Source of the DNA: Promethearchaeota archaeon | GTDB taxonomy: Archaea; Asgardarchaeota; Heimdallarchaeia; Hodarchaeales; Hodarchaeaceae | DNA length: 64,000 nt | Assembly (NCBI GenBank): GCA_048938105.1 | Contig: JBHLMN010000013.1 | Coordinates: forward strand, 64,001-128,000 | Direction: 5' to 3' | In this document: positions 60,893-64,000 of the stretch, piece after piece | Numbering within the stretch: the stretch's first letter is position 1 | Layout: the number at the start of each line of letters is the position of its first letter | Notes under the pieces: generated by a model | The model's database searches: none | Told to the model about the DNA's origin: nothing | What the model saw: the letters and a program-made list of their open reading frames with translations, nothing else | Position numbers and translations under genes: made by a program

Positions 60893-61372
60893 ATGAAAGA
60901 TCAAGAAGTGTTTAATGAAGTCTTAACCCAGGCCTATAAAAGAATGCATCGGTATACTTGTGCAGAAGCATCCCTGCAAGCTTTACTGACCCTATGGAAT
61001 CTTCCTCTTGAAGATATTTCTTGGGCTACTGGAGGATATCTTGGAGCCATTCTCTCTGGAGAAACTACTTGTGGACTTCTAATTGGCAGTAGTATTGCTA
61101 TTGGCTTTCACTGTGGTCAAGGGAAAAGAGAAATACCTGAAAAATGTGAAGAGGAGAGAAATATGGCTATTCAAGCAATAGGCGAATTATATACGGACTT
61201 CTTGGAAGAATTTGGATCTACTAAATGTAAGAAATTATGTAATGTAGATTTTAGAAAAGGAGAAGAAATCGCTCATTATTTAGCAACGAAAGGGTGGAAA
61301 CAGACCTGTGATATATTTTTAGATTTTGTGATACGAAAATGTGTGTCAATGATGGAGGAAGGAAAAATCTAG
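60893..61372 (+). CDS. C_GCAxxG_C_C family redox protein
   Basis: CAEA, TCG..G, FGSTKC and TC. Confidence 0.75.
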   Translation: MKDQEVFNEVLTQAYKRMHRYTCAEASLQALLTLWNLPLEDISWATGGYLGAILSGETTCGLLIGSSIAIGFHCGQGKREIPEKCEEERNMAIQAIGELYTDFLEEFGSTKCKKLCNVDFRKGEEIAHYLATKGWKQTCDIFLDFVIRKCVSMMEEGKI

Positions 61373-62118
61373 AATTTCTTAATAGCCTCTTCCAATTGTT
61401 TACGGGCTTCTGTAGAAAACCAGTGTTTTAAAAAGGATTGTTCTTTTTCTGTTAAGTACTTCATTATTTGAGCTTCAACATTCTCAATCCTATTACGTTT
61501 GATCATCGTAAAAGCTTCTTGTGGTAATGAACCCAAGTATTTAGCTTTATCTACCGCTTCGTTTTGTACTTGCTTTAATGGAACTACTTTATCGACCATA
61601 CCCATTTGAAGTAATTTTGCAGATGGATAGAAGTTCCCAGTATATGTTATCTCCTGAGCATTCCGCGCTCCTACAATCTGACGTAAAATGCAATCACCAG
61701 GATATGGAACAGGAACTCCAAGCTTGATTTCATTGAGTCCCATGAGTTTACGCCCTTCACTTATGATTCGATAGTCACAACAAAGTGCTAAGATGCAACC
61801 ACCCGCTATCGCATGTCCTGTGATTGCTGCAATTGTGGGTTTGGGAAAAAAGTATAAATCTAAACAGAGACGATTGTATGATCGATAAAAAACCTTGAAA
61901 TCCTCTAGAGAAAGCTTAATTAACTCTGGAATATCAAAACCAATGGCAAAAAATTTCTCATTTGAACTAGTAAGCACGATACTACGAATATCTGGATTTT
62001 GTTCTATTTTTTGAAGATTTGTGGTTAATTCATTGACCAAATCAAGATTTATTGCATTCGTGATTCCTCTATTTAATTTTAGTATCCCAACAGATTCAGA
62101 GACTTCTATAGTAATCAT
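61369..62118 (-). CDS. Enoyl-CoA hydratase/isomerase
   Basis: GFDI, AAITGHAIAGG, CDYR and GLNEIKLG. Confidence 0.88.
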   Translation of the reverse strand: MITIEVSESVGILKLNRGITNAINLDLVNELTTNLQKIEQNPDIRSIVLTSSNEKFFAIGFDIPELIKLSLEDFKVFYRSYNRLCLDLYFFPKPTIAAITGHAIAGGCILALCCDYRIISEGRKLMGLNEIKLGVPVPYPGDCILRQIVGARNAQEITYTGNFYPSAKLLQMGMVDKVVPLKQVQNEAVDKAKYLGSLPQEAFTMIKRNRIENVEAQIMKYLTEKEQSFLKHWFSTEARKQLEEAIKKF

Positions 62119-62297
62119 TTTCAGCTACCAACTCCTAGATATAGAATTTAAAAATCCAAGATTGGAATAACCTAAAAGATTCAATTTGAAAAACTGTTCG
62201 GTATAGGCACTTTTGAATCACTCTTTTTTGGAAAGACTTCAAGCAATATCTCTTTGAAATAGAATTTCTGTTTCACCAAGGCTTTTAAAAAAACCAA

Positions 62298-63371
62298 TTA
62301 TAAAGCAAAAGATAACTTTTGCTTATACCACGGATTTTCTGAAATAAAATTACCAAATTTTTCCATTGACTCTGATAGTGAGACAGTATAATTGAAACCA
62401 GTACTTCTAATCTTACTATCATCTGCCCATATATCTTTTCCGAGTTTATCGAATAATACTGGGATCAGAATTGAATTTTCTTTTGCCTTCTTTATTTTTC
62501 TAACACAGCGAGCCAAATAATACATTGGTTTGAATATAAATAATGGAATCGAAATAATTGACAACTTTTGTTTTTGGAGAGCATGACCTAATTCTTGGAC
62601 AACCTCACGAAGTGTCGGAGTGCAGCTAACAAGGTTATATACTTCTCCATTACCTTTTCGGAAATCGGAAAGAAAAACAATGGCACGTGCGACATCTTTA
62701 GTATCAACAAGGCTTATTTTATCCTTACCACCACGAGGTAAGGGAACTAAACGACCAATGAACATTCTTGAGAACATATCTAATGTAGAACTAGAGCCAC
62801 CAATTATTCCAGATGGACGGAGAATAGTTATCAATTTTTGAGGGTGTTTAAATTGATATTCCCAAACAAGCTCTTCTCCAAGAGCTTTAGTGAGTTCATA
62901 ACTCTTTTTCATATGTAAATCAATTGGTTGATTTTCTGTAATTCCCTGCTCATTAGTCCCATTCATCTGGCCATAAACAGCAATGGAGGAGAGATAAATC
63001 AGTTTCTTTATTTCATTCTGATGAAAAGCTTGAAGAACTCTCTCTGTTCCATTCACATTAACATCATATAAGAGCTCATAGGGCTGCCATAAGTTGAATA
63101 TTGCCCCACAGTGTATCAATACAGACGACTCGGGATCTGGTACTTGAGTAAATGCCATTACATCTTGGTAGTTTCTCAAATCGCCAGAAAATATGTCAAT
63201 CTTTTTTTCTTTACACCTTGCTAGAAATTCTTGTCTATGGTGATTTCCTTTTTTTTCACGAATTAATAATCGTATTTTGGAAGGATTTTCAGCGTAAAAT
63301 GTTTCACTAAGTAAATAACGAACAAGTGCTTGCCCAACTAAACCTGTACTACCTGTAATCAATAATGTCAC
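62298..63371 (-). CDS. NAD-dependent epimerase/dehydratase (extended SDR)
   Basis: TGSTGLVG, NVNGT, SS.AVYG, YELTK and LRP. Confidence 0.88.
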   Translation of the reverse strand: MTLLITGSTGLVGQALVRYLLSETFYAENPSKIRLLIREKKGNHHRQEFLARCKEKKIDIFSGDLRNYQDVMAFTQVPDPESSVLIHCGAIFNLWQPYELLYDVNVNGTERVLQAFHQNEIKKLIYLSSIAVYGQMNGTNEQGITENQPIDLHMKKSYELTKALGEELVWEYQFKHPQKLITILRPSGIIGGSSSTLDMFSRMFIGRLVPLPRGGKDKISLVDTKDVARAIVFLSDFRKGNGEVYNLVSCTPTLREVVQELGHALQKQKLSIISIPLFIFKPMYYLARCVRKIKKAKENSILIPVLFDKLGKDIWADDSKIRSTGFNYTVSLSESMEKFGNFISENPWYKQKLSFAL

Positions 63372-63451
63372 TCATTAACCCTCACAATTCATATACATAA
63401 TTTGAAGAGAGATATCAATAAAATAACCCAAAAAATATCAAGATATAATAA

Positions 63452-63952
63452 ATGGATAAATTTTCAGAGGAAAATAAAATGCATGGATCAACACCTAAAG
63501 GGAATAATAGATTGGTACAAGAAAACAAACAACTAATTATTTCTGTTAGAAGTGATCCTCTGTTAAGTCTGGTTATCTTTCAGTTCTTAATTTTTGGAAT
63601 AATTGGGCTAGCAGGATTTGTGGGATGGTTGTTATCTCTAACTTATCAATTATCCGCCCCAGGTTATTTAAATTATATCGCAGATCATCTTGAACACTGG
63701 ACGGCCAATTTTTCTTTGTGGGGAGTGCTAAGCTTATGTGTTGGGTTTTTAAGTTTTGGAGCGGCTATTTTAATCAGAAAAAATGACCTAATAGGAGCAA
63801 GTCTAGAATTATTTGCCTTTCTATTAGGTTTTGCAACAAATATGATCATTGCTCGTAATCCCCCTGCTCATATTGCCGTAGGAGCCATCATTGGTTGGAT
63901 TTTAATAATTCCCACTCTATTCTACTTAATTAGACTTAATAGAACTAGTTAA
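63452..63952 (+). CDS. Four-TM membrane protein
   Basis: Hydrophobic segments. Confidence 0.6.
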   Translation: MDKFSEENKMHGSTPKGNNRLVQENKQLIISVRSDPLLSLVIFQFLIFGIIGLAGFVGWLLSLTYQLSAPGYLNYIADHLEHWTANFSLWGVLSLCVGFLSFGAAILIRKNDLIGASLELFAFLLGFATNMIIARNPPAHIAVGAIIGWILIIPTLFYLIRLNRTS

Positions 63953-64000
63953 AGCTCATAGTTTCTTAGAAAGAAATATCTTAAGAATTATCACATATAT

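Noticed and set aside
807-62841. Many 60-120 aa ORFs overlapping or antisense to long genes (e.g. 807-1019, 4028-4246, 7068-7415, 53067-53417, 59002-59226)
   Set aside because: Shadow ORFs of well-supported genes, with no motifs of their own
1-64000. CRISPR array, rRNA or tRNA genes
   Set aside because: No regularly spaced repeats or conserved structural-RNA signatures seen by eye

Overview
AT-rich archaeal chromosomal window, most likely from an Asgard archaeon. This is inferred from a roadblock/LC7 protein, two longin-domain proteins, a stand-alone TIR gene, archaeal-type IleRS/TrpRS, an Lhr helicase and an archaemetzincin. Main blocks: (1) 1.5-13.9 kb, a glutamate/redox cluster with an active GDH, split glutamate synthase subunits (GltB2 and GltB3, no GltB1 here), FrhB-like and double-HdrA-MvhD proteins, a TIR protein, a second GDH whose catalytic Lys is replaced by Gln, and a divergent tandem Lrp-type regulator. 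(2) 14-37 kb, housekeeping, hydrolase, transport and Lhr genes. (3) About 37.6-37.9 kb, a GC-rich structured non-coding segment resembling an IS200/IS605 HEARO/omega RNA. (4) An 8,412-bp integrase-free island of defence-like genes inserted in codon 19-21 of a creatininase-family gene and bounded by Xer/dif-like 11-6-11 sites that share the core TAACCAGG. A third dif-like site lies just downstream of a promoter that drives a run of co-oriented cargo genes. (5) 47-58 kb, a probable sugar or sugar-acid catabolic cluster containing a 187-bp direct repeat that brackets a 1,359-bp insertion. (6) trpS and miscellaneous enzymes. No rRNA, tRNA or CRISPR array was recognised. All functional calls come from motif reading by eye, without database searches.
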